Position numbers and translations under genes: made by a program. Below are positions 1-13,800 of a stretch of DNA of 64,000 bases, in pieces. Position 1 is the stretch's first letter; the number at the start of each line of letters is the position of its first letter. The stretch is from Eledone cirrhosa (Eukaryota). The stretch covers positions 220,782,001-220,846,000 of the forward strand of contig OZ024742.1 in the NCBI GenBank assembly GCA_964016885.1, written 5' to 3'. The notes beneath the pieces were generated by a model. That model saw only the letters and a list, made by a program, of their open reading frames with translations, was not told where the DNA came from and ran no database searches.

Positions 1-11
1 CTTCATTCTGT

Positions 12-49
12 AGAGAAAGAGAGAGAGGGGATAAGAGAGAAAGAGATGG

Positions 50-86
<37 letters not shown>

Positions 87-190
87 AAGAGAGAGAGAGA
101 GAGAGGGGGATGAGAGAGAGAGAGAGAGAAAGAGAGCCAAACAAAGAGAGTGAGGGGGGGGGATTAGGGAAGAGAGAGAAAGAAAACAGA
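12..190. repeat. (GA)n-rich microsatellite/low-complexity tract
   Basis: Direct reading; explains spurious SL/RE ORFs. Confidence 0.9.
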
Positions 191-666
191 AAAATGATAG
201 CATAGTTCGATAACTAACTTTTATTTATTTATTTTTTAAACGCTTCTAAACTAACCCCTTTCTTAACATTACTTCTCTTTCTCTCCCTCTTTCACAAAAG
301 TCGTAATGAGAGTGTGTGTATGTGAGTGCGTGTGCGCGTGTGTGTCTCACAAAAACCAAACTAATAAAAAAAACTAGATACACACAGATAGAACAAGCAA
401 CCAACTAGAGACAAGTAAATAAACGTATAAAGGAATAAATAAAAACACACACACCCGTATTTAACGCACGGTCAACCCAAGTGGGGTGTAATCATTTTTA
501 TCTATGTACTCAACTTCATCCAGGTAACCTGCTCAGCTAACAAAGTAATTTTCGAAGAAAGACTATCACAATGCTTTAAATAGAGCAGGTTACTCTGCGC
601 TCTTGCAATAAATGAAGTGTCGCATAATAAGCTGAACAATGGTCTCACTAGTCTAAACTGGCGCCT

Positions 667-794
<128 letters not shown>

Positions 795-1074
795 AAAGAA
801 AATTTTGCTCTACATGGCTGAACACAATAAATGTAATCTAAGTTTTTCGATATTAATAATAACATTTGATTCGTTTGCAATTATGTAAGCAAGCCTCAAT
901 TTTATAGCCATGTCAGTAGAATGGACCCTCCTTTCTTGCTCTTGTGTTGGCATGCGAACAGAACTGCAGACACTAATGTTTCTGGGTATCACCCTTCATC
1001 AGTACAGCTCACTGTTCACCTGCCAAACTGTCAGACCTAGTGAAAATATATGCTATTTTCGAAAATACACAATG

Positions 1075-1585
1075 ACTGATCGGCCTGATTTGCATATTAG
1101 CAGACTGGCTGATCAGTCAGATATGCATATTAGCAGATCCACTGATCAGCCAGATTTGCATATCAGCAAACTGGCCAGTCAGTTTCCTGTATACGAGCGA
1201 TAAATGGCCGGCTTTACCAAATTCAAATAAAAAAGAAAATTTCTACATACCCAGAAACGTTAGTGTCTGCAGTTCTGTTCACATGCCAACACAATAGCAA
1301 GAATGAAGGGTTCATTCTACTGACATGGCTATAAAATTGAGGCTTGTTTGCATAATTGCAAACGAATCGATTGTTATTATTAATATCCGAAAAATTCAGA
1401 TTACATTTATTGTATTCAGCCATGTAGAGCGAAATTTTCTTTTTTATTTGAATTTGGCAAAGCCGGCCATTTATCGCTCGTATACAGGACACTGACTGGC
1501 CAGTCTGCTGATATGCAAATCTGGCTGATCAGTGGATCTGCTAATATACAGATCTGACTGATCAGCCAGTCTGCTAAATCCATAT
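1075..1585. repeat. Foldback/MITE-like inverted repeat (~150 bp arms, ~190 bp spacer) with internal 33-bp subrepeats
   Basis: ~1095-1243 is the reverse complement of ~1431-1580 with few mismatches; ctgatc..gatttgcatattagcaga unit occurs three times in the left arm. Confidence 0.8.
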
Positions 1586-1606
1586 TTAATAAAAACACCA
1601 TGTTTT

Positions 1607-1670
1607 TTATTCATTCTGACGACTGAAGACAGATACAACATCTGTCTTCAAGAAACCACTGGTAAATAAA
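1607..1670 (+). ncRNA. Type-I hammerhead ribozyme-like motif
   Basis: CTGACGA 1616-1622, stem II TGAAGACAGAT/ATCTGTCTTCA, GAA, stem III ACCA-C-TGGT, GUA site, short stem I. Confidence 0.6.
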
Positions 1671-1901
1671 ATAATTATCTTATGTTGTTTATTACATAAC
1701 TATATATATATATATAAATCTGCTTCGTAGAATCAAGACGTATCTGAGGACCTTGCGATTTTCAGAGTCAGCTTCGATCATCACATCGATCGCATCTCGA
1801 GCTGGTCTTCTCTTTTTCTCTGTGATATCATACTCTGCTCTATGAGAGCATCGAGTGCTCATACGGCCTACCGCATACGGACGCTTTAAGCATCCAACAC
1901 C

Positions 1902-2188
<287 letters not shown>

Positions 2189-2192
<4 letters not shown>

Positions 2193-3673
2193 AACGAGTA
2201 GGACCCCGACGGCTGAGGTCAAGCCGTTTCGACGGCTAATTCTGGATTAATGAACATTTTTATCCTGGTACATGAATAGCCGAGCTTCTCAGGGGGTAGT
2301 TCCATATATGGTAAAAGTGATTGTCACAAGGATTGGTCAAAAGTTTGTTGTTGAGACATAATTCTATCATGGCATTTTGTGTAAGGAAGGGGTAGCTGAA
2401 ATTGCCAGTAGAAGAAAGAGGGAGAGGGAGTAGAGGAAACCCAGTCGTGCGTTGATAGTGCCAACTACAGCAGAATCCTAAGGATAAGAGGTCAAGAGAA
2501 GTATACTAGGGAGGGGAGGGGGAGGAAGTCGAAACAATAAGTAAATCAATATGGAGTAAATATATAGAAAAATAATAAGAATGTTAAAAATATAAAAAAA
2601 AATTTCTGGTTACTATTCCCCTACCACAATCATCAAGTCTCTCACTGGTACTGCTAAACTATAGACAAGTTTAATAGGTGGGACGGAATACTAAATACGA
2701 GATTGTAGTGAAAGAATTTCATGAGTTAGTAGTAATCGTCCAAATCTATCTTACAGTGACAGGTCAACAAGTAGGGGGCCAAAATACTAAAGAAACTACT
2801 ACGAAATAATAATTCAGAGTCCCGAAACTAATACGAAATAATAATTCAGAATCCCGAAAATGAATACTAATACGATATGTAAGAGTACCGCTACGATACA
2901 TAAATACTAATACAAACTACATAAATGCTCGTACGATATATATGAAAAATTTAATACGAAAAATTAATTCAGAATCCCCCCCCCCCCCCCAAAAAAAATA
3001 ATGAAAACACAAAAAAAATAATAATAAATACTGATATACGAGAAACTACAGCCCTTGTCTACCCCCGTGTCATTATGGGGTTTGAGGGCGAGGTAAGTCC
3101 TACGCAATCTGTGTTTGCATGCAGTTACCAGTTCGTCTTTCTTTTTTAGGAGTTGGTCCGTCGAAAAGAGCATTTGTAATGTTTCCTCCGAGCATAAATT
3201 ACACGGACGGCGTCCTCCCGTGTAAGAGTTAGCTCTGGACAGTAAGCTCCAAGTGAGATCATAGGTTATATTGTTATCTTTGAGGTCCCAGATGTGGCCC
3301 GAAAGTGTGGTGGCGTGACGCCGGGCCGGGTTTCGGAAAGTATGTTTGTGTTGGTATAGCCGGGTCTTGAAGTCACAAGCGGTTAATCCTATATAAGCTT
3401 TGTTGGAGGTGTCCGTTCTCACGTTGCACTGGTAGATCACATTACGATCTCTGCATCTGTTGTCTAGGGGGTAAATGGATCCATCAGGACAGTTGCACCT
3501 CCTGGTCGGCTCTCCACTGCTATTTAGGTTATTTCTTCCATAGGGGTTGAGTTTTTTGTTAGAGGAGACGATGTTTTGTGCAAAGTTAGGTGTGGTGCTG
3601 TAGGAGAGTTTGATGGTATTTTTGTTGATTATGTTGTGGTAGCGGTGTTGTAGTGGGAAGTGTTTTTCGATGA
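2189..3673 (-). mobile_element. Inverted duplicate of the 3' part (GIY-YIG + pseudo-LTR) of PLE family A
   Basis: Reverse complement of ~4892-6711 with an internal deletion of ~5521-5877; ORF 2964-3746 repeats the GIY-YIG domain. Confidence 0.9.
2203..2297 (-). ncRNA. Hammerhead motif in PLE-A pLTR (core CUGAGAA)
   Basis: Stem I ACCCC/GGGGT, stem II CGGCTA/TAGCCG, GAA, stem III ACGGCT/AGCCGT, GUC site. Confidence 0.65.
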
Positions 3674-4079
3674 TAACACCAATGACATCATGGTGCACTC
3701 GGATAAAACTGGTAACCTCTACTTCGTCAACCCCGACAGATACCACACACTGATCAGGAGCAGCCTAAACTCCACATATAAAGAGGCTAACGACTGAAGC
3801 ATCGAGGACATAAATCGAGATCGACAACAAATTACCTCCAGCCTCGGGGTCGCCGACCGCACGGAACCCCTAGACCCACGGACACCCTACTTCACACTGA
3901 AGGACCACAAATCCGATTTCGACCGTAAACCATCTATCAGGCTTATAAACCCAACGAAGTCCGACATAGGGAGAATCAGTAATAAAAAAATCCTAGACCG
4001 CGTTATACCAAAAGTTAAGCAAAACGCCAGACTTAGCCTATGAGTCAACACCCAGGAAGTAATCTCATGGTTCAGCAAT

Positions 4080-5570
4080 ATGGAGGACAAACGAGACACA
4101 AAATTCATCCAGTTTGACATAGAGAGTTACTATGCTTCAATTACCTTACCGCTCCTTACGGCCGCCTTGGACTTTGCCGAGACACTTGCGCCCATCACCG
4201 ACCAGGAAAGAAATATCATCCTCCACGCCAGGAAGACAGTCCTACTTTTCGACAACTCCAAATGGATAAAGAGAGCTCCCGACTCCCCCTTCGACGTCAG
4301 TATGGGCGCGACGGATTCGGCTGAGGTCACAGATCTTATAGGATTATTCCTACTAGTTAAACTCACCGATATGTTTCCTGCATTCGGCGGTGGATTGTAC
4401 TGTGATGATGGGCTCCTTACCCTTAAAGGGTACAACCCCAGTAGTACAGACCGGGTCCGTAAACAATTAATCAGCTTCTTTCGCGACTGGGGATATAAAA
4501 TAACCCTACAAATGTCCCTAAACAGATTAAAGTTCCTGGACGTTACTCTTGACCTCGATAATGACCTGTACTACTCATACAGGAAACCCAACGACAACCT
4601 GCACTACATCCACCGCCGGTCAAACCATCCTAGAAACATCACCAATAACCTGGTTAAAAACATCTCCCTCCGCATATCTCGTTTGTCCGCTAATGAGCAG
4701 ATATTCGAGGAACATGCGCATTATTACAACCAGGCCCTCAAACGGAGTGGCTTCCGGGAGGAAATATCCTACTGTCCAACTTGCATTAGCGGAACCAGCA
4801 GGCGACACCGCCGCTCACGCAACGTAACATGGTTCAATCCTCCTCACAACGCCGAGGTGACAACACCTATCGGGAAAATCTTCTTTAGGCTCATCGAAAA
4901 ACACTTCCCACTACAACACCGCTACCGCAACATAATCAACAAAAATACCATCAAACTCTCCTACAGCACCACACCTAACTTTGCACAAAATATCGTCTCC
5001 TCTAACAACAAAAAACTCAACCCCTATGGAAGAAATAACCTAAATAGCAGTGGAGAGCCGACCAGGAAGTGCAACTGTCCTGATGGATCCATTTGCCCCC
5101 TCGACAACAGATGCAGAGATCGTAATGTGATCTACCAGTGCAACGTGATGACGGACACCTCCAACAAAGCTTATATAGGATTAACCGCTTGTGACTTCAA
5201 GACCCGGCTATACCAACACAAACATACTTTCCGAAACCCGGCCCGGCGTCACGCCACCACACTTTCGGGCCACATCTGGGACCTCAAAGATAACAATATA
5301 ACCTATGATCTCACTTGGAGCTTACTGTCCAGAGCCAACTCTTACACGGGAGGACGCCGTCCGTGTAATTTATGCTCGGAGGAAACATTACAAATGCTGT
5401 TTTCGACGGACCAACTCCTAAACAAGAAAGACGAACTGGTAACTGCATGCAAACACAGATTGCGTAGGACTTACCTCGCCCTCAAACCCCATAATGACAC
5501 GGGGGTAGACAAGGGCTGTAACACCCCACTTGCCGACTTTGTAATGGGTAACCCCTGCTTGCAAAGGTAG
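4080..5570 (+). pseudogene. PLE reverse transcriptase + GIY-YIG endonuclease (open C-terminal 496 aa; upstream part has stops)
   Basis: ORF track translation; stops near 3794 and 4040 upstream. Confidence 0.9.
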
Positions 5571-6602
5571 ACGTAAGATTTTCTTATATATTTTTTTATC
5601 GTTTCCTCTATATTTCCTTCTTCCCCTCATCCCTTCCTAGTCCTTCCAGGCCTGTTCTCCTTCTTTGTCATCGTCCTTTTCACTTCCTCGCCCACCCCGA
5701 GGCAGCCCTTCGGTCCTTTGTAGCCTCAGTACCCCCACCCCCATCCCCTATACTATGATAGAATTGACCGACGCCGCTTTTTATAGCAGATGTGATAGAC
5801 CCCCGATACTTGCTTTCTTATCCGATTGCTGCCCCATTTCCGTGTTTTCTAGATTTCTTAGTGGTATCTCTGCTTTAGTTTCTCGTATATCAGTATTTAT
5901 TATTATTATTTTTTTTTTTGGGGGGGGGGGGTTCTGAATTAATTTTTCGTATTAAATTTTTCATATATATCGTACGAGCATTTATGTAGTTTGTATTAGT
6001 ATTCATGTATCGTAGCGGTACTCTTACATATCGTATTAGTATTCATTTTCGGGATTCTGAATTATTATTTCATATTAGTTTCGGGACTCTGAATTATTAT
6101 TTCGTAGTAGTTTCTTTAGTATTTTGGCCCCCTACTTGTTGACCTGTCACTGTAAGATAGATTTGGACGATTACTACTAACTCATAAAATTCTTTCACTA
6201 CAATCTCGTATTTAATATTCCGTCCCACCTATTAAACTTTTCTATAGTTTAGCAGTACCAGTGAGAGACTTGATGATTGTGGTAGGGGAATAGTAACCAA
6301 CATTTTTAAAAATATTTTTAACATTCTTATTATTCTTCTATATATTTACTCCATATTGATTTACTTATTGTTTCAACTTCCTCCCCCTCTCCTCCCTAGT
6401 ATACTTCTCTTGACTTCTTATCCTTAGGATTCTGCTGTAGTTGGCACTATCAACGCACGACTGGGTTTCCTCCACTCCCTCTCCCTCTTTCTTCTACTGG
6501 CAAGTTCAGCTACCCCTTCCTTCCACAAAATGATAGAATTATGTCTCAATAACATACTTTTGACCAATCCTTGTGACAATCACTTTTACCATATATGGAA
6601 TT

Positions 6603-6698
6603 ACCACCTGAGAAGCTCGGCTATTCATGTACCAGGATAAACATTTTCATTTAGTCCAGTATTAGCTGTTGAAACGGCTTGAGCTCAGCCGTCGGGGT
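6603..6698 (+). ncRNA. Hammerhead motif in PLE-A pLTR
   Basis: CTGAGAA 6608-6614, GAA 6671-6673, ACGGCT/AGCCGT, GTC, GGGGT. Confidence 0.6.
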
Positions 6699-6789
6699 CC
6701 TACTCGTTCCTATTACCCACTCTACTACCCTAAGTATTGAGTAATTTGGTGCGTTATGGTCCATCTGGTTCCTTACCACATTTCCTTCG

Positions 6790-6867
<78 letters not shown>

Positions 6868-7149
6868 TAAAGTATGTCCATAGAATCATTTGATAAAATA
6901 TATACACCATTTCCTCTCCCAATTAGCATAATTAACCACATAAAATATCAATTAGACCAGGCTATAAGAATAAAGGCTCCTATGAAGAAATATTTGATAA
7001 ATAAACGACACCAGTCTCTTCGCGGCCGACCGCAATAGAATATTTACCCAACATTTCAACAGCATGTAGAAATCGACTAAATATACCGTCAACCATACAC
7101 AATTAGGTATAAATTTAAAGTTAGAAGAAATGCGTACACTCTTACCATG

Positions 7150-7199
<50 letters not shown>

Positions 7200-7202
<3 letters not shown>

Positions 7203-9235
7203 GGGGTAACAAATTATTGTTATAGGTAGTCCACTTAAGTGTAGTCCAGTTATGGCAATCCGGGTAGTGGATGATATCAACGCTTGGCTAAGTTTGACTC
7301 AACAAGGCGTTTCCATAGTGATGTTGCGAGTACGCTGTAATTCCTATGTTGTAAACAAATCAGGAAAGAAGAGTGACACGGTTTGCTATACAAAAAAGGT
7401 TTTTAATCTCATTGCTGACAATTGTTTCTCTGAACTGGTTACTCTAGAGATCGCTACCCGCTTGTTTTCACGTTATTCGATCACCAATACAAAGTTATAA
7501 CCAGTCAATTCACCAGAGCTTGTGAGAATGAAAAGAATATACAGGCATGGCTACTATATATAGTAGTAATGGCATTCAATCAGAACAATAATAACAATAC
7601 TAACAATACTAGCAATAAATTATTTGAAATAATCACAACATCAATCTAGGTGGGAAGTATAGTATATTTACGATTTTAGCGTGTAAAACTAGCTGACATG
7701 AGGCAGATGTATGAAATTGACATGTAAAAGCTGTCATGGGTGTATTATATATAGTGTAAAGATAAGCCTGTGGCTTTAAACAATGTAGGTCCGGTGGCCG
7801 TAAGAATCATTTATTATCTGACAGATGAAGAATTTATCACTGTAGTGAGGATAGTAATATTTGTGTGGTCTATATTAGATGAAAGGGTTGTCTAGCTTTC
7901 TCATCATCAATAACATACATGTATAAGACAACATTAACAGAGTAGCAATATAATGGGCAAGTTAATACAGAGGTTAAGGAGGCAATATATATATATACAT
8001 ACATACACACAAACATATATATATATATATATACATACACATATATACATACATATAAAGAGAAAACATGCTCACTATAATTATAACAGGAGGAAGGTAA
8101 AGTTCTGCTGTAGCAGTATTTTGAAATGTTCTTGGATTTAGGTTCATGTGCTGACAGCAGCTGAGAAGAGATATATTTATGGGTTGATAAGGTACTTACA
8201 GACATTAGTGTGGTATAGAACTAAGAAGGCTTGAATGTACTTAATGATTATATTTCTGTGGTGGTTCGTGCAGTGTAGTGGGTATCCTAAGTTGAAAGCT
8301 AAGTTACGTCGGTTCGATTCACGGAGGTTTAAATCTTGTGAATTTAGTGGCGATCCTGTGTCTGCAGAAGATTGATCTTTCTAACTTGTTGTTAAGTAGC
8401 CTTTTTACCTTTCTAAGGATATACAGTAATTCTAGATCACATAGCCTACAGTGGGACATACCAGTACTGTAGGTCTTTGCGACCGACAACCTCGACCAGT
8501 TGATACTGTAGTTGGTGTTGTTGTCCTTAAGTTCCCAGATTTTTTTGGCGAGGGTTGTAGAACCCATAAGTGCACGATTTTTCATCGAGTGTCTGTGCAC
8601 ATACCATCTTTTTTTAAAAGTACCCGCGGTGGATCCAATGTAATGCCAAGTGGAGTTGTCTGAGTTTACCGTACACATGTACACTAGGCTCGAATCAAGG
8701 CATCTATTCGCCAATGGGCACCTATCCGGTAGGTGACAGTTACAATTTGAGGTGTTATTTCGTGCAGCTTCTACACTGCTGTTTTTTACACTGCTATAAG
8801 TGGGTTGTGATTCATGCCCGTTGGGGTTTTGCTGCTGCGTGCTTGTATGCGCTTGCGGTTGTGATACTGTGATGTGTTTATACTTATAATTTGGTGCTAT
8901 GTTGCGCATAGGTGGGGCGGATTCCCTAGAGATATTTCTGTGATTGATATTGCGTATGTGCGAATCTATATTTGCTGCCGTAGAGTATGAGAGTTTTATA
9001 GTTTTTCTATTGAGTATTTGATGATATCTGTGTGAAATAGGGAAGTGTTTATCTATTAGTTTAAAGAATGTAGAAGGCAGTCTGGTTTTTACAGAGGAGT
9101 TGAAGATTGGGTTGAACCATAGGTATTTTCTTTCTCTGATTCTTCTATTGTTTCTAGGGTTTACATTATTGGTGTTTGGACCACTTACTCTAGGTGCTAC
9201 GTGCCTAACTCTATGTCTACTCCTGTTACCTCTAT
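7200..9235 (-). mobile_element. PLE (Naiad-like) 3' fragment: GIY-YIG (8319-~9235) plus 3' UTR/pLTR
   Basis: WFNP, CNC..CP, LVY..YIG, CRLC in ORF 8319-9719; 3' end resembles 17365-17403. Confidence 0.85.
7412..7520 (-). ncRNA. Degenerate hammerhead with long loop II
   Basis: GCT CTGGTGA a TTGACTGGTTA...TAACCAGTTCAG a GAA ACAATTGT C AGC. Confidence 0.55.
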
Positions 9236-9236
9236 G

Positions 9237-10205
9237 TAAGCCCAAGTCATTACACCTGATGGGATGACAGAGTTCTTTGAGATACTGGCTGGAGTGCTCC
9301 AGGGAGATACATTGGCTCCCTACCTTTTTATCATCGTAGTGGATTATTGTATGCGCCTTGCACTGGAGAAACACCAGGACTCTGGCTTTACTGTAGCACC
9401 GGCTCAGAGCAGGAGAGTTGGGGCGAAAAAGGTATCGGATGCTGAATTTGCCGACGACATAGTTTTGGTGACAAATACAGTGAAGGAGGCAGAGGATTTG
9501 ATGCGGGAGGTTGAGACTGTGTCGATGAGTGTGGGGCTGAGAATGAATGAGACTAAAACAAAATATCTGGTAGAGAATGTTGAGAAGCCAGAGGGGATCA
9601 CTAATGTAGGCGGGAAGCCGCTGGAATTGGTTGAGGACTTCCTGTATTTGGGAGCAAAGATTGGGAATACGGAAGATGATGTGGTTGAGAGGAAGATCAA
9701 GGCCTGGGCGGCGTGTCACAGCTTGAGATCGGTGTGGAAGTCGGACCTTCGTAGAGACCTGAAAATCCGCCTCTTCATTGCTGTAGTGGAGTCTGTGCTG
9801 CTGTATGGGTCTGAGACTTGGACACTGACCAAGAGACTCACTCAGATGGTGGATGGGTGCTACACGAGAATGCTGAGGATGGCTCTGAACATTAATCAGT
9901 ATACACTGAGGATGAAAAACTCAGAGCTGTATGGGAGCATCCCAAAAGTCAGCTCAAAAGTGACACAGAGGAGACTGAGGTTGGCTGGATATACTCACCG
10001 ACATCCAGAGTTGACATTGCACTCAGTGCTCCTTTGGGAGCCCCTACATGGACACACTAGAAGAGGAAGACCAAGGTTAACATATGTTGATGCCCTAAGG
10101 ACAGACACTGGTCTGTTGGAGATGCAGGATATGGCAGCGATAATGAGGGACAGAGACCGCTGGAGAGAACTCGTCCATGGATCTCGGGAATTTTACCCGC
10201 CTTAG
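9237..10205 (+). mobile_element. RTE-clade LINE, 5'-truncated (RT C-terminal ORF 9264-10205)
   Basis: GVLQGDTLAPYLF, FADD, LLYGSETW, RGRPRLTYVD; stop directly followed by a microsatellite tail. Confidence 0.88.
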
Positions 10206-10223
10206 ATAGATATATACATATGC

Positions 10224-10264
<41 letters not shown>

Positions 10265-10265
<1 letters not shown>

Positions 10266-10617
10266 GTGGGAAAGTAAAAAATCGGAGAATAGACCGTTAA
10301 AACATGTTTATTTAAAATATCACCTACGTACGTTTCGCCCAGTTGGGCTTCTCAAGGGCATAAATAATCACAAGTGTTCCTTATATTGTTCGGAAAGAGT
10401 TTTTGGGGTTAAATCCACATCAAGGTTCATTGCTCGCAAAAATATCTTGTGTTGATTTTGCAGCAGGTCAAGGGAGGTAACTCTGGCCGGTGTTAGGGCA
10501 GTCTTTCGCGGACAAATTTTTTTTTTTTTTTTTTTGCCGCATCCGTTTGTCTGAGGCTGGGTCTGGTATGCAAGTATTGTTTCCTGGGTGTTATTTTTCA
10601 GCGCCTTCCCGCCGGGG
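10265..10617 (-). mobile_element. Inverted pseudo-LTR of PLE family B
   Basis: Near-identical reverse complement of ~12015-12368. Confidence 0.9.
10318..10362 (-). ncRNA. Minimal hammerhead (U3-A8 core, palindromic stem III)
   Basis: TTGAGAA GCCCA-AC-TGGGC GAA ACGTACGT A GG. Confidence 0.7.
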
Positions 10618-12527
10618 TACAATAGGGCCCTGATAAGCGCCGGCTTTAACCGAGGAATTTCCTACATCCCCAACGCTAGCTCTAGAACCCCCCCCCCCCC
10701 CTCATAAAACTAACGTTATAGTAAGCCATACCTATAACCGATCACGCGGCGGCCTCGTTGAAGTCGGATATAATAGAATAGATAACCGTACCAAAGATCA
10801 CGTCCCCGGCGACGGTGAACACTGTAGATTACTCAAACTATTCCCCTATTACAAAACCAACAAAGGCGACGGCCTACTACCAACGCCTTCCAACCAACAT
10901 CTTCCTGTACGTAAACATGGAAGAGGTAGAAAAAGTGCACCCGAGCATAAAGTGAAAGGGGCACCGAACGGGCGACAGCGCATTAACACACATAAGAGCG
11001 GTCACTTAGATGGAACCACCCGTAGCAAAAGTACAAGGACACGTAATCGCCACCGTAACGTCCTATGGTTCCACCCCCCTACTCTCGGAGTGTGGCCTCC
11101 AACATACCCCGGATGTTCTTCGAAGCCTTAGAGAAGAACTTCCCGCCCAACCATAGGTATAGAAAAATTCTTAATAGGAACAATATAAAAATATCCTTCT
11201 CTACTACTCCTAACCTAGCAGACATCATAGGAACAACGAACCACAGTAAGATCACCAAGACACAGCACCTCGACACAGACGCACCTACACCTGACAATAA
11301 CTATATCGGCCTTAACAACTCCCTGGCAGCATCCAATAGTGTTGGCAACGGCATCCACAGACGCAACCAGAATAACCGCGAAATGACTGGGGAACATGCA
11401 GAACATGACGTGCGGAATAACAATCGCACCACCCCGCGTGCTGTGGGTTGTAATTGTACTAACGACAGCTGCGGTAGCGTAGGTAACAACGTAGGCAGCA
11501 ACAATGATAGCCTTACCGTGGGAAATAGACGGAACCGCGACAGAAATTGCAAATGCCGCGACAGAGGACGCTGCCCCCTTAGCGGATACGGCTTGACTGA
11601 TAGGGTTATATATAGATGCACTATTACTAGCCACAATAGCGTTAAACATTATATAGGGGCCAACTCCGGCCCGTTCAAAATTAGGTTTCGAACACATCTC
11701 CACTCTTTCACAAATAGAAAACTAAGGCACTCCACTTCGCTCGCGGACTACATCACATCACTAAAGGACTTAAACATCAGCTTCTCCACGCACTGGGAGA
11801 TTGTCGGCAGGGCTGCACCGTACAACTTCAAGAGAAAATGCGATCTTTGCCTCATGGAGCTCTACCACATCATAACTGCACCCCACGAGCTCATCAACAG
11901 CAGAGCTGAAACAACGATAAGTTGTACACATCGCTTAAAAATATCCTTCTTCAGATGGGTTAAGGATGAAGAGTGAAATAGTACACTGGATCTCCCTGCA
12001 ACAAGTCTTAACACCCCGGCGGGCAGGCGCTGCAAAAAAACACCCAGGAAACAATCCTTGCATACCAGACCCAGCCTCAGACAAACGGATGCGGCAAAAA
12101 AAAAAAAAAAAAAAATTTGTCCGGGAAAGACTGCCCTAACACCGGCCAGAGTTACCTCCCTTGACCTGCTGCAAAATCAACACAAGATATTTTTGCGGGC
12201 AATGAACCTTGATGTGGATTTAACCCCAAAAACTCTTTCCGAACAATATAAGGAACACTTGTGATTATTTATGCCCTTGAGAAGCCCAACTGGGCGAAAC
12301 GTACGTAGGTGATATTTTAAATAAACATGTTTTAACGGTCTATTCTCCGATTTTTTACTTTCCCACGTGCTTACGCTCTGCTAACTCTCTAGCCCACTAA
12401 ATATTAACACTTCGAATATTTAATACTGCCGGCACTATTATCGAGCACCTTTGGCATACGCTACTTGGCAAATAACTATATGTATCACCTATCTCCCCTT
12501 TTTTTCTCTTTCTCGATACGTAAATAC
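10618..12527 (+). mobile_element. PLE family B (Naiad-like), 5'-truncated; GIY-YIG ORF remnant 11065-11976
   Basis: YNRAL..AGF end of RT, CKC..CP, VIY..YIG, CDLC; homologous to 28730-31449. Confidence 0.88.
12270..12314 (+). ncRNA. Minimal hammerhead (U3-A8 core, palindromic stem III)
   Basis: TTGAGAA 12277-12283, GCCCA/TGGGC, GAA, ACGTACGT, GUA site. Confidence 0.7.
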
Positions 12528-12596
12528 TATATATATATATATATATATACGTATACATATATATATAAATATATATATATATACGTAACGTATATA

Positions 12597-13206
12597 CAGG
12601 GTCTGGACGATATTTGTTCGCAATTTTCAACTGGTAATTTTATGCAAATTTTTTTTATTTCCTTTGTCACTCTTGTCTTTATTAAAACAGTGACTATATT
12701 TCCATTATTTATTTTCAGAATAATTGATTATGAATAATTTTGAACCTCCAAATGTGTGGAAAAGACACGGAGTTCTTCTTGGAATCCGCGCCGGGAGGGC
12801 AAATAAGGAAATTTCAGATTTTCTCAGCGTCAGCAGGAGAATGGTGGAAAAGGTCAGAAAGGAATTGGAAGAATCAGGATTCGACTACGAAGCAACATCA
12901 GAGAGGAAAAACACATGATCGACGATCTGACGCCTTCAGAACGCCCGACTTCGTCGCTGAAGTTTAGGTTCATCAACAATGAACCTAGAAAGTCGATGCG
13001 TGCCATTGCAAGGGAGAAAGGCTTGGCTGAAAAGCTCATTAGGCTGGTGGTACATGAAGACTTTCTCTACGTTTCATACAAGATGAGGAAAGGACAATTT
13101 CTGTCAAAGGCGATGCAAGAAAAGCGACTGAAGCACGCAAAGAAGCTGATCAACAAGTTGAAACACCCTCTGGAGCCAGACATGCTGTTGTTTTTCTCCG
13201 ACGAGA
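12597..13206 (+). mobile_element. Tc1/mariner transposon 5' fragment (frameshifted transposase, truncated at FSDE)
   Basis: TA|CAGGGT start; HTH-like N-terminus in ORFs 12724-12918 and 12915-13229 ending LFFSDE (first catalytic D). Confidence 0.75.
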
Positions 13207-13219
13207 TACCTGTAATAAT

Positions 13220-13800
13220 TCACATGTAATAATTCTTTACACACATCTCACTGTGTAACACACTTCTCTCTGTGTAATATATTTGTATTTGAGCTCAGAT
13301 GAAAATTCTCTGTTCTTCTTTGAGCTAATATTATTATTACTATGAACTGCGGAATACTCTAATTCCGATCCTTGTATATTTAACGAGCTCCAAATTGTTG
13401 AACTAATAAATTCGAATGGTTGGGCTGCTCTTTCTAGAATTTCCCCCAATTCATGAGAGCCGTTATTTGATGCAAATAACACGTGATTTCGCCATACTCT
13501 GGGCCGCGTGTATATTAGCTTTCTTTCTATCCATTAGGCTAGATGTGTCGTGAACAATACCCATACTTGCTGACTGAGGAACCTGTGGGCTGTTACACTG
13601 CACATTTCTGTGGCGAAACGAACTAGATTCGTATCAGCAAGCTTATAGTTATGAGGCTGGTAATTTAAAACTCTACTTCAGAAATTTGATTCTGATTTAT
13701 TTTTTTTCTATTTAATTGCTAACCTGTAGGTTAAACTCACATGTAATAATTCTTTACACACATCTCACCGTGTAACACACTTCTCACTGTGTAATATATT

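Larger units (their letters stand above)
3674..6790 (+). mobile_element. Penelope-like element family A (Naiad-like), 5'-truncated
   Basis: DKT motif (~3705-3720), RT motifs FDIESYY/MGA/YCDD, WFNPP, CNC..CP, GIY-YIG VIY..YIG, CxLC; 3' region with hammerhead, ends in (TA)n. Confidence 0.92.

Noticed and set aside
524-600. Hairpin GTAACCTGCTC/GAGCAGGTTAC
   Set aside because: Reads as a decayed PLE RT fragment (SANKVIFEE..YHNALNRAGY); pairing is probably incidental
1075-1180. 33-bp repeats as a CRISPR array
   Set aside because: Contiguous tandem units without spacers, eukaryotic context, no cas genes
3790-4045. In-frame TGA codons as selenocysteine (reported for some Naiad PLEs)
   Set aside because: TGA at ~4040 appears to replace a Trp, the Cys motifs use normal codons, and I saw no SECIS
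8319-9719. 466-aa ORF as a novel fusion gene
   Set aside because: N-terminal third is the antisense frame of the RTE LINE joined by chance to a PLE GIY-YIG fragment
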